From the sequence record DRR723986_9343: 64,000 nt of DNA, one strand, 5' to 3'. Under the pieces are notes generated by a model that was not told where the DNA came from, searched no databases, and worked only from the letters and a program-made list of their open reading frames with translations. Position 1 is the stretch's first letter; every line of letters begins with the position of its first letter. A program made the translations under genes and the position numbers. Positions 9,702-18,738 of this stretch are shown piece after piece.

Positions 9702-11759
9702 TTAGCGGATGGTCTGCACGTTCAGCTTGCCAGCAATATGCTCTTCCATCTTGCCAACCTCGGCGCCAAAGACGCGCTGATTGTAGAGTGCTAGAGCTCT
9801 GAGGGCGTGGCCGCGAGGTCCGATGGGCCAGTCATGCGACGGGCGACGGCCGACTGAGTTGACCAGGAACTCAACGCCGCGAACGATCGGTTCGCTTCGC
9901 AGGTGTTCGTCGGGCAATGAGAATATCAACCACTCAACGATGTGCCCAGTTGTTTGCACCTTACGCTCGACGTCACGCTCCATCCCACGGCCCTTGAACC
10001 ATTCCGTGCTAAAGCTACCGTCGGGGTTCTGTAGACTCAACGCGTAGTTAATGTAGTCGTTGACGTACTTCTCAGCTCGCACCCATGTGCCCGTCATGGG
10101 CAATCCGTCCTTCTGCCGTTGCACGAGGGCAAAGCTGAGTCCCATGAGGCGGTGAGTTCCTCCGCATGCAGCGCCAATGACAGGTTGAGCGAGTTCTTCA
10201 GCGACGATCTTTTCGAGGTTCCACGACCGGCGGCGGTTGTCACGCCAAACTTGATCGCCGGGAAGATAATGCGACAAGCCGATCAGCTTGAACGTCAGTT
10301 CGCTCTTTTCGCGGCAGGTGGCCATTTCGTAACGCACGAGATCGTTGATCGTGTAGCGTTTTCGGCCGATCTGGATTGGGTAATCGATACCAACCTGCGA
10401 TTGAGCAAGGATGGCGAGGAACTGCCCTTCGTGCCCTTGCATGCCTGGTCCAAGGTTCGGTCGGAAGCCAGTTCGAGTTGGCTGGAACATCCGCTGCTTG
10501 GCACAGACGCCGTTGTAACACATCCAACCGATTGCGTTCGCTTTCTTGCGTCCCGCGATGATTTCGGTCTCGACGCCGAAGGGCAACGTTGCATGCATCA
10601 ATGCCCACGGGCCGCGCCGCACGATGTTCTCTGGGTGATCGATAAAGTACTTAAGTGTTTGGTTGATGTCCTGTTCAAGGCGGAGCTCTCGGGCAGAGAA
10701 CTGATTGTCCGAGAGGCTCTCTTTAACCGGTGGAATAATTTGGGTTGGCTTGACAGTGCGTTTTGCCTTCGGTGCATCGTAAGGCCGCTCGGTCTCGACC
10801 AGCGGCACGTCGTCAGGCTGTGGCCCTGAGCCAGCTACTTTGCTTTCCGGTGAACCTGGGCATTCTGCGTCATCCAGATCTTTGCCACCGTGGATTGTCT
10901 GCGAGGTATCGGAGTCGGCGTCGAGTTCTAGCGTAAGTGGCTTTGCTTCACTCGGAAGGGCCGAGTACCCAGAATCCGGCTTGATCTCCGCATCGTTCTG
11001 AGTAGCGATTTTGGCGGTTCGTTCTTTCGGTGTTGCCTGCTCGTCTCGCTTCTTGACTAGAGTCTTAGCACCCGGTGGAACGGGCGCAGGAGCGGCTCCG
11101 CCATAAGCGGTCCGAGGTCGCTCTGGCGTCGAACCTGAAAGGGACCGCGCGTTGGTTGACTCTGACGGCTTTGCGCTGGCAGCCGCAGATGGATCAAGCA
11201 TCAGCACTTGATCGGTGGCCACCGCAGCTCGCTTTAGTTTCCGTGCTGCTGTATCCTGTTGAGCATCTTGCAGCGGAAGAGAAACTCCGCCAGCTTTGCT
11301 CGACTTGATGCCAGTTTTACTGGAAGCGTCCGACCCGAACAGTTCCAGTTCGTCGCTCGACGAAAGTTGAACGGCTTGACTGGTTTCAGTGAATTGCGAT
11401 GGGATTGGCGCCGCCGCTTGTGCGCCAGCAAGAGCGCGGCGGACAACAATCTCTTCGTCACCGGCACCAGCCTTTGCGTTCTTGGCTGGTAAGCCAGGTG
11501 CAAGCATCAGCTTTATCTGCACTGCTGGCTGCGGACCAGCGGCGTTGGGAGTTGAATCTCCTGTCGCACCCAAAGCCACATCGGACAATGCGGGAAGGGA
11601 GCCCAAGCCAATGGCCCCTGAGAATGCAAACGTACCCAGCCCGCGGATGAGCTGTTTTGCTAGCCTTTTGCGTTTCATCGCAGTGTCTAGTCCAGTGCAA
11701 TTATTTGACCGCGGTGGGACGGAGAGCAGGTTGAGCGGGGACGCCAAGCGGAGCTTCAT
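9702..11759 (-). CDS. Exported hypothetical protein: low-complexity N-terminus plus globular C-terminal domain
   Basis: 685-codon ORF; signal-like segment after MKRKRLAK (true start may be about 11678); LQNPDGSF motif in the C-terminal domain. Confidence 0.7.
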   Translation of the reverse strand: MKLRLASPLNLLSVPPRSNNCTGLDTAMKRKRLAKQLIRGLGTFAFSGAIGLGSLPALSDVALGATGDSTPNAAGPQPAVQIKLMLAPGLPAKNAKAGAGDEEIVVRRALAGAQAAAPIPSQFTETSQAVQLSSSDELELFGSDASSKTGIKSSKAGGVSLPLQDAQQDTAARKLKRAAVATDQVLMLDPSAAASAKPSESTNARSLSGSTPERPRTAYGGAAPAPVPPGAKTLVKKRDEQATPKERTAKIATQNDAEIKPDSGYSALPSEAKPLTLELDADSDTSQTIHGGKDLDDAECPGSPESKVAGSGPQPDDVPLVETERPYDAPKAKRTVKPTQIIPPVKESLSDNQFSARELRLEQDINQTLKYFIDHPENIVRRGPWALMHATLPFGVETEIIAGRKKANAIGWMCYNGVCAKQRMFQPTRTGFRPNLGPGMQGHEGQFLAILAQSQVGIDYPIQIGRKRYTINDLVRYEMATCREKSELTFKLIGLSHYLPGDQVWRDNRRRSWNLEKIVAEELAQPVIGAACGGTHRLMGLSFALVQRQKDGLPMTGTWVRAEKYVNDYINYALSLQNPDGSFSTEWFKGRGMERDVERKVQTTGHIVEWLIFSLPDEHLRSEPIVRGVEFLVNSVGRRPSHDWPIGPRGHALRALALYNQRVFGAEVGKMEEHIAGKLNVQTIR

Positions 11760-12410
11760 GGGTCGGGTTGCTCGCAGTTGTCTTGTGGAGTTTGAGCCCG
11801 CTTTGAAATGCTATCAAAGCGAGGTGCAGAGCACGTTCACATGGATTAACTCGGCAGGTCGAACGAGCAATCTACAGTGCTTCGTCGACGACGATCAAAA
11901 GTTCGTTGACAGTCCATCGGGGAGCGCCTGCAATTGATTCTCGATCGTCGAAGTATGCCAGTTTTTCCTTAAATGTTTGCTTCAGTAGTGATTGTGTCTG
12001 GATTGCGCTCGCCTTCGTCGGAGCACGTCGTGAAGGCTTGCAAACACCCACTTTCGGGGCGTGCCCTAGTTCAATTGCGGCTTTGCGCAACTAGTCTGCA
12101 TTCCAGCGCAGAGCCACCGACGCTGGCCACCGGACCTTTATACCGAACTGCTTATCGGCTGCAAAAAGTCCTTTGAAACGCAGATGTAGAATTGTTTGCG
12201 GAGCACTCCAGCGCGCGGCGGCCACAGGGGCCCTTCACTGGCATGTTTACGGGAATAGCGTTCGACTGCATACTTGGTTTGACGAATCTCGAGAAGCGAA
12301 GACAGAAATTCGCCTGTGAGGCTCAGCAGCAACCGGTTGATTTGTGTTCGCAGCTTCGATACAACTCACCTCTTGCTCAAATGCGTTGTCAACTTGGCGG
12401 AGGAGTATTG

Positions 12411-13445
12411 ATGCTTGGAACTGTAACGTCACTGTTTCGCCGTTTGGCGTCGGTTGCGTCCCCTGCGATTATCGTTTGTTTGATCACGCTGCTTCTTGGG
12501 TGCTCTCAACCCGAATCGCTGCCCTCTGCACCAACGCCAACGCCAGCCTTCGATCTGAACTTGGAAGCAAGTGCAACGCGAAATAACCCAGGGATGGTCT
12601 TGGTCAATCTTGAGGATACCAGTCAACAAGGATTGGAAGTCCTGCTGGTAGAACGAGCCAACGTCGACAAGTGCCTTGGGGAAGACGGAAATCAAATTGC
12701 TGCTCGGCTCAAGACGTTTGGTTGGAAAATTGGCGAGGGAAGCGATGCAGCAGAGTGCTTTCAACTCTTGCTCGTAATGACAGGGCGAATCCCAAACAAA
12801 ATTGCTCAACTAGAGGGGACGTTCGTCGTAGCACACGGCGAATCCGAGGAGCTCACAGTTGGAATCGAGGACGCAGCTTCGAAGTTGGCGGAGTACTCCA
12901 TCGAGGTGAACAGAGAGGTGCGAACGACCATTGAGTTGGAGTTGCGAAGCGACAACCTGACGGGCGTTGGCAAAATTGCCCTGGAAAGCAACGGCAAACT
13001 GATTGAAGGTGGCAATTCCTCATTCACCTCGGGCGGTGAACTCCGTGGTCTGGGTAAGAGATGGAATGTCGCAGGTACGCCAACGGAGGAGAACAAGATT
13101 CAAATCTGGAAGAAGGACTCCAGTGCCAGTACCGCATCGATTGCTTTTGTGGACGGATGGACAGGTGATGTTGCGGGGTTCGAGGGAGTTGCTGGTCAAA
13201 TGCGTGCAACTGAGATGGTCACTGTTCGGCTCTCCGGATCGCGAACTGCATTGCTGAACATTAAACCCGAGCTGAATGGTCAGGCGTATGACGCGAAGAT
13301 TCGCCGGGCGCGGACGGGAGACCGCGAAGAGTTCACAATGCTTCTGGGACCGGAATGGCGCGACGTAAAACTCGTTGTGACTGCAAGCAAGAATGCAGAG
13401 TTCAGCACGTGCGCCTTCAGCTCAAGCGATCTTGATATCCAATAG
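12411..13445 (+). CDS. Hypothetical lipoprotein
   Basis: GGAGGAG RBS before ATG 12411; lipobox LLLGC. Confidence 0.6.
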   Translation: MLGTVTSLFRRLASVASPAIIVCLITLLLGCSQPESLPSAPTPTPAFDLNLEASATRNNPGMVLVNLEDTSQQGLEVLLVERANVDKCLGEDGNQIAARLKTFGWKIGEGSDAAECFQLLLVMTGRIPNKIAQLEGTFVVAHGESEELTVGIEDAASKLAEYSIEVNREVRTTIELELRSDNLTGVGKIALESNGKLIEGGNSSFTSGGELRGLGKRWNVAGTPTEENKIQIWKKDSSASTASIAFVDGWTGDVAGFEGVAGQMRATEMVTVRLSGSRTALLNIKPELNGQAYDAKIRRARTGDREEFTMLLGPEWRDVKLVVTASKNAEFSTCAFSSSDLDIQ

Positions 13446-13525
13446 TGCTTTGCAGTTCTTGAGGTTGTGGCCCGTTCTGCGCGCAGTGTTGGAGCACGGC
13501 GCGCGATCAACGTTGTCTTCCTTCT

Positions 13526-14722
13526 CTAGGATTCGAGCAATTCGTTGAGCGAGGAAAGTGGGATGTCAAACTTTTCGATCATAGTTTTTGCGTCGACTTG
13601 GGAATTCGGGAAGGGGTTATAGAAACTAGGGCTGTCGCCAAAGCTGACAGCCATCGCTCGAGCTGCTTGTACGGCCGATCCGTTGGGATCCACCGTTGAA
13701 AGCGTAGCAACCGCTTCTTCCAAAGGAACGTTGGTGATGTTTGGCGGGTCGTAACATACCATTTCACCAAAACGATGTTCCTCAATTAGACGAACTGCAT
13801 GGGCTCCATACTGAGTTGAAAGGCAGCGATCGAAATAGGTCGGATTGCCACCTCGCTGCAAATGCCCGAGGACGACCGAACGAGTTTCAATTTGCATGCG
13901 ATTTTGAATCTGGTCGGCTACCATCTGCCCAATTCCACCCAAGCGCGTTTGCCGGACTTTGGCGATACTCTCCAACGTGACTTGTTCACCACCAGGCAGC
14001 TTGGCTCCTTCGGCGACGACAACCAGCGTAAAGTCTTTGCCCATTTGCCGGCGCTGCAAGATCTTTGCACACACGTTATCAAAGGTCCACGGAATTTCCG
14101 GAATCAGAATTACGTCACCACCGCCCGCCAGACCGGCGTGGAGAGCGATCCAGCCCGTGTGCCGCCCCATGACTTCCAGAACCATGACTCGTTCGTGGCT
14201 TGCTGCAGTTGTGTGCAAACGGTCCAAAGCGTTCGCGGCGCAGGCAATTGCACTGTCAAAGCCAAAGGTGAAAGCCGTACATGCCAAATCGTTATCAATC
14301 GTCTTCGGGACGCCGACAACCGGAATGCCAGCGTCGAATAGCTGCTTGGCAATGGAGAGCGAGCCGTCGCCTCCGATGCAAATCAGTCCATCTAGCTGAA
14401 GCTCGGTCGTGTTTTTCTTCACCTGGGCGATAAGATCACTCGGCACTTGCCTTGAGTCATCAGCGCCGACTTTTGCGCTGAAACGCCCGCGGTTGGTAGA
14501 ACCAAGAATGGTCCCACCACGATCGAGTATGTTCGCGGTGTTTTCGATAGTCAGCTCCATCGTCTGCACTGGATCAGCGAGTCCTTCAAAGCCTCTGCGA
14601 AAGCCCACAACGTCGTAACCCAGGAAGATGGCTGACTTCGTCGCGGCCCGGATAACGGCGTTTAGGCCTGGGCAGTCACCACCGCCGGTCAAGATGCCGA
14701 TGCGATTACGAGTCTTTCTCAC
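13526..14722 (-). CDS. pfkA: 6-phosphofructokinase (GGDG + PKTIDND type, probably ATP-dependent)
   Basis: TGGGDCPGLN, GGTILGS, GGDGS, PKTIDND, EVMGR, LGHLQRGG. Confidence 0.93.
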   Translation of the reverse strand: MRKTRNRIGILTGGGDCPGLNAVIRAATKSAIFLGYDVVGFRRGFEGLADPVQTMELTIENTANILDRGGTILGSTNRGRFSAKVGADDSRQVPSDLIAQVKKNTTELQLDGLICIGGDGSLSIAKQLFDAGIPVVGVPKTIDNDLACTAFTFGFDSAIACAANALDRLHTTAASHERVMVLEVMGRHTGWIALHAGLAGGGDVILIPEIPWTFDNVCAKILQRRQMGKDFTLVVVAEGAKLPGGEQVTLESIAKVRQTRLGGIGQMVADQIQNRMQIETRSVVLGHLQRGGNPTYFDRCLSTQYGAHAVRLIEEHRFGEMVCYDPPNITNVPLEEAVATLSTVDPNGSAVQAARAMAVSFGDSPSFYNPFPNSQVDAKTMIEKFDIPLSSLNELLES

Positions 14723-14977
14723 GTCTGTCTCTCACGTCCACGGGGAAATTTCAACACGGGAAATCAACACAGGAAAACAAAGCTGTGTAACAAGTCATCC
14801 GCTTACAGCGACGGGGCCGCAAGGCGAACACGGGCGAAGGTGCCAATTTGGCGAGTTGGTTGTTTCTCTTCGAAAAAGCTGCAACGAAGTTCTCGCCCAA
14901 TTCCAGCATTCAATATGCGCTGATATGCTCGGCGTACAAGGGTAGCAATTGCCGGGAAACTAAATCGACTGGCAGAG

Positions 14978-15006
14978 AATTTACCATGTGAAAATTTACC
15001 ATGTGA
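14978..15006. repeat. Tandem direct repeat AATTTACCATGTGA x2 (15-nt period) in a divergent promoter region
   Basis: Two exact copies, 14978-14991 and 14993-15006. Confidence 0.8.
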
Positions 15007-15051
15007 CTGGCACTGGCCGGAAACACGGAAACCAAGAACGCTTCATTTGGG

Positions 15052-16239
15052 TTGGTGATAATTTTGAAGAAGATTAATAAAAAACGAGCGCTCGAAATCC
15101 TCATGCGAGTTCTTGATGTTCCTGGGATTAGCTGTCAGGAGTCGTTGATTGCTGAGGAAGTGAAAGCGATTTTGGTTGAGTCTGGGATCGACGCGAAGCT
15201 GATGGTCCACGATGCAGCCCATCGCAAAAGTCCCGCTGGTGGAGCGGTGGGGAATTTGATCGTCAAGCTGCCCGGCGAAAAGTCGATGCCGAGACTCATG
15301 CTTTCCGCCCACATGGATACGGTACCGATTTGTGAAGGGTGTGAGCCCAAGAAGACTGGACAGAAAATCGTATCGGCAAACAAAGCAACCGGTCTCGGCG
15401 GTGATGACCGAGCTGGTGTCGCGGCCGCTCTCGTCGCTGTTATTGAGACGTTGGAATCCGGCCAGCCGCATCCACCGATCACGCTGTGTTTCTTTGTCCA
15501 GGAGGAAATCGGATTGCATGGCAGCAAACATATGACTGTAGCCAAGTTGGGCAAGCCAGCCATGGCACTCAACTTTGACGGCGGCGATCCTTACAAATTG
15601 ACCATTGGTGCCACTGGTGGCGAAAGGATGAAAATCTACCTGACAGGGATTCCGGCCCATGCTGGAATTGCACCAGAGAACGGAGCTAGTGCGATTGAAG
15701 CTGCTGGTCTGGCGATCGCTTCGCTGAAGACAAAAGGCTGGTTAGGCGCCGTCAAGAAGGGACGCAAACGCGGCACCAGCAATATTGGCGTGATCAAAGG
15801 TGGTGCGGCAACGAACGTGGTGACGGATAAGGTCGAGTTGGCGGCTGAGGCGCGGAGTCACGATTCTGAGTTTCGGGATCAAATTGCAAGCCGCATTGAA
15901 GATGCTTTCGTTGAAGCGGCTGCTAAAGTAACCAATGTAGATGGTGTGCAGGTGCAAGCAAGCGTTGAGCGGCGAGTGGACTATGAGTCGTTTCGCTTGA
16001 CAGACAGTAGCGATGAAGTTCAGCGAGTGGCTCGAGCGATTGAGGAAACTGGTCAGGAAGCAGCATTCGCGGTAAGCAATGGCGGCGTAGACGCAAACTG
16101 GCTCAATGCCCATGGGATTCCTACTGTAACGCTGGGGTGTGGGCAGCGCGAAATTCACACAAAAGATGAGTGGTTGGACCTGCCCGATTTCTATGCGGCA
16201 TGCCAGATTGCTCGGAGTGTGATCGAAAATGAAGGCTGA
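15052..16239 (+). CDS. M20/M25/M40 metallo-hydrolase (peptidase T-like)
   Basis: SAHMDTV, LGGDDRAG, QEEIG, AHAG, GGVDAN, IHT metal-binding motifs. Confidence 0.9.
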   Translation: MVIILKKINKKRALEILMRVLDVPGISCQESLIAEEVKAILVESGIDAKLMVHDAAHRKSPAGGAVGNLIVKLPGEKSMPRLMLSAHMDTVPICEGCEPKKTGQKIVSANKATGLGGDDRAGVAAALVAVIETLESGQPHPPITLCFFVQEEIGLHGSKHMTVAKLGKPAMALNFDGGDPYKLTIGATGGERMKIYLTGIPAHAGIAPENGASAIEAAGLAIASLKTKGWLGAVKKGRKRGTSNIGVIKGGAATNVVTDKVELAAEARSHDSEFRDQIASRIEDAFVEAAAKVTNVDGVQVQASVERRVDYESFRLTDSSDEVQRVARAIEETGQEAAFAVSNGGVDANWLNAHGIPTVTLGCGQREIHTKDEWLDLPDFYAACQIARSVIENEG

Positions 16240-16525
16240 TGACGAACTTTGTCTGTGCTTTCATGTGTCTTGGCGGAAAGTAATCAACTACGCAAGAATC
16301 AACCGCCTGCGCGTCGCAAGCCAGCTTGCCGAATGCCAGGGGGCTGGCACAGGTTGTGGTTGGTGCCGAGGCGCCATGCGACGCATCTTGGAAAAGTCCT
16401 CGACGATACCCGTCGATGGCGACCTGCTCGATGATTGGCTGCAGGAGGAGTTTCCTCGCAAGTCGGATCACATTGAAGGGCGGCAGAAGCACATTGCTGA
16501 AGGCAAAGGCCGACCGCCGAGCTGA
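16229..16525 (+). CDS. BFD-like (2Fe-2S)-binding protein
   Basis: CLC...GAGTGCGWC pattern; overlaps the M20 stop codon. Confidence 0.8.
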   Translation: MKADDELCLCFHVSWRKVINYARINRLRVASQLAECQGAGTGCGWCRGAMRRILEKSSTIPVDGDLLDDWLQEEFPRKSDHIEGRQKHIAEGKGRPPS

Positions 16526-16590
16526 TTCTTGCGGCCTTCTGATCAAACCATACGCGCTCCTAGTGCGATGGTCGAAACAAGGATTCGAGG

Positions 16591-17523
16591 ATGGCTAGCG
16601 AGTTTATCTTTCCGGTAGGAACACAAGTTGTTTCGCTCAAGGATGTTTTCGGTCAAAGTGGTCGGGTTGCGCAACCAGAGGGTGCCCTCGGTGTCATCGT
16701 TCGTTCGCCCGTCGACCGAACGCATTCCTACCGAGTCCGATTTGCTGATGGATTCGAAGCCGCGATAGGCCATCGCCAACTCCAAACGCTTGCACAATTC
16801 AAGCAGGGCGACGTTGGACGCGAGCTGAATGAGATTGTGCGCTCCGGATTGTACAAACGCGTCATCCTGAGATGTGTTATTGGATCTCGGGCCTACGGAT
16901 TGGAAACCGAGGAATCGGATACCGACCGTCGCGGTGTTTACCTGCCGACGGCCGACGAGCACTGGTCGCTGTACGGAGTGCCAGAACAGCTTGAGAACGA
17001 AGACACTCAGGAGGTTTACTGGGAGCTGCAAAAGTTCATCACGCTGGCTTTGAAAGCGAACCCAAACGTGCTCGAATGCCTCTACTCACCCATTGTCGAA
17101 TTTCGCAGCGATCTCGGTGAAGAATTGATACAGATTCGCGAAGCGTTTTTGTCGCAGTTAGTCTTTCAGACTTTCTCTGGCTATGTCGCTTCGCAGTTCA
17201 AAAAGATGCAAGCGGACATTCGCAATCACGGCAAAGTGAAATGGAAGCACGTGATGCATTTGATCAGGTTGCTGATATCGGGAACGAATATTCTCAATGA
17301 TGCTGATGTTGCGGTTGATGTTGGAGAACACCGCGATGTACTGCTGCAGATTCGTTCTGGCGAAATGCCCTTTGAGGATGCCGATGCACTCCGCAAGCAG
17401 TGGCAACGGGCGTTCGAGTCAGCATTCGATACAACGCGGCTTCCAAAGCGGCCGGATTATGAGCGTGCCAACGGTTTCCTGTTAAAGGCGCGCCGTGCAG
17501 CTTTGGCTGACGGCCTGCCTTGA
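16591..17523 (+). CDS. DNA polymerase beta-superfamily nucleotidyltransferase (RlaP/Nuc-transf-like) with small N-terminal beta domain
   Basis: GSRAYGL...SDTDRRG, KANPNVLECL, WKHVMHLIRLL. Confidence 0.85.
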   Translation: MASEFIFPVGTQVVSLKDVFGQSGRVAQPEGALGVIVRSPVDRTHSYRVRFADGFEAAIGHRQLQTLAQFKQGDVGRELNEIVRSGLYKRVILRCVIGSRAYGLETEESDTDRRGVYLPTADEHWSLYGVPEQLENEDTQEVYWELQKFITLALKANPNVLECLYSPIVEFRSDLGEELIQIREAFLSQLVFQTFSGYVASQFKKMQADIRNHGKVKWKHVMHLIRLLISGTNILNDADVAVDVGEHRDVLLQIRSGEMPFEDADALRKQWQRAFESAFDTTRLPKRPDYERANGFLLKARRAALADGLP

Positions 17524-17580
17524 TCAGTCTGACGCTAAACTGCTCGAAGTACGACGGCGCTGCGACGCCTTCGAAGTTGA

Positions 17581-18465
17581 TTGATGAAAGTGAGTTGGAT
17601 GCTTGACGGACTTCCAGTTGAAAGACTGAACAATCACATTGAAATTCACCCGAGCAGGTTGGCATTCGCGACAATCAGTGGAGCCCATCTGTATGGTTTT
17701 GAATCAGTCGATTCGGATTTCGACATTCGTGGTGTGCACATCTTGCAACTAGAAGAGGTGATCGGCCTAGACGCTGGCGATGCAACCATCGAAAAAGATG
17801 GGATCTATGACGGGCTGGAGATCGACTTAGTGACCCACGATCTTGAGAAGTTCATTCGACTGATGCTCAGGCCGAACGGTTATGTGCTCGAGCAATTGGT
17901 TTCGCCGCTTGTTATGCTGACAACCGAAGTTCATGAGCAAATGCTTTCGCTGGTGCCAAAGTGTATCACTCGTCACCACGGACATCACTACCTTGGTTTT
18001 TCTGCATCCCAGTGGAAGAAGTTTGGTGGCTCAGAAGTGAGTGCTGATAGCCCGAGCGTGCCGAGCAATCAAAGTGACGCGGCTCGTTCTCTTGCCGAGG
18101 CGGATATTGACGCAGAAGTGTCACGCGCTGGCCGCGTCAAACCGCTGCTTTATACGTTTCGAACATTGCTTACCGGTATCCATCTGATGAGGACCGGCGG
18201 GATTGAGGCAAATCTGTCGAAGCTCAATGAGCTGTTTAGGCTGACGTACCTGGACGAATTGATTGCTACGAAGCGGGCCGGTGGTGAGAAGGACTTGCTC
18301 GATTTTGCTGGCTTAGCGATCAAGCCAGAGTTCGTTGCAAGCGAGTACGAGCGTTTGCGTGGCGAGTTGCTGCAAGCACGCGACGAATCTAAGCTGCCTG
18401 TGAAGCCTACTGCCAAAGCTGAGCTGAATGATCTGCTTGTTTGCGAGAGGCTGGCAGGCAGGTGA
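17581..18465 (+). CDS. Second pol-beta-superfamily nucleotidyltransferase (RlaP/Nuc-transf-like)
   Basis: SGAHLYGF...SDFDIRG, NGYVLEQL, KPLLYTFRTLLTGIHL. Confidence 0.85.
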   Translation: MMKVSWMLDGLPVERLNNHIEIHPSRLAFATISGAHLYGFESVDSDFDIRGVHILQLEEVIGLDAGDATIEKDGIYDGLEIDLVTHDLEKFIRLMLRPNGYVLEQLVSPLVMLTTEVHEQMLSLVPKCITRHHGHHYLGFSASQWKKFGGSEVSADSPSVPSNQSDAARSLAEADIDAEVSRAGRVKPLLYTFRTLLTGIHLMRTGGIEANLSKLNELFRLTYLDELIATKRAGGEKDLLDFAGLAIKPEFVASEYERLRGELLQARDESKLPVKPTAKAELNDLLVCERLAGR

Positions 18466-18738
18466 TAGGCGGAGAGACTTCGTTCTGTAAGCTGGCCCAC
18501 CGAACCGTTGGTGACTTGAGTTCCTTTTCGGAAAAGTAAGCACGGCGAGATAGAGCTGCAAGGTGTTTTGGCCGAGGCGGTGCGACTTTGGGGACGGATG
18601 TTGTCGAGACGGTTGCTTCGCGTTCGTATCGATGGCAGCGTCCATGGCTAGGGAGGTGTCCAAAGTCTGATAGTGAACAGGAGCCGATGATCGATCGTAT
18701 TGGTGACTGGCAGAGGGTAACTTTGCTATATTGTTAGT

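Noticed and set aside
11760-12410. Long intergenic region as ncRNA or small ORFs
   Set aside because: No recognisable RNA motif; the short ORFs lack an RBS and protein-like features
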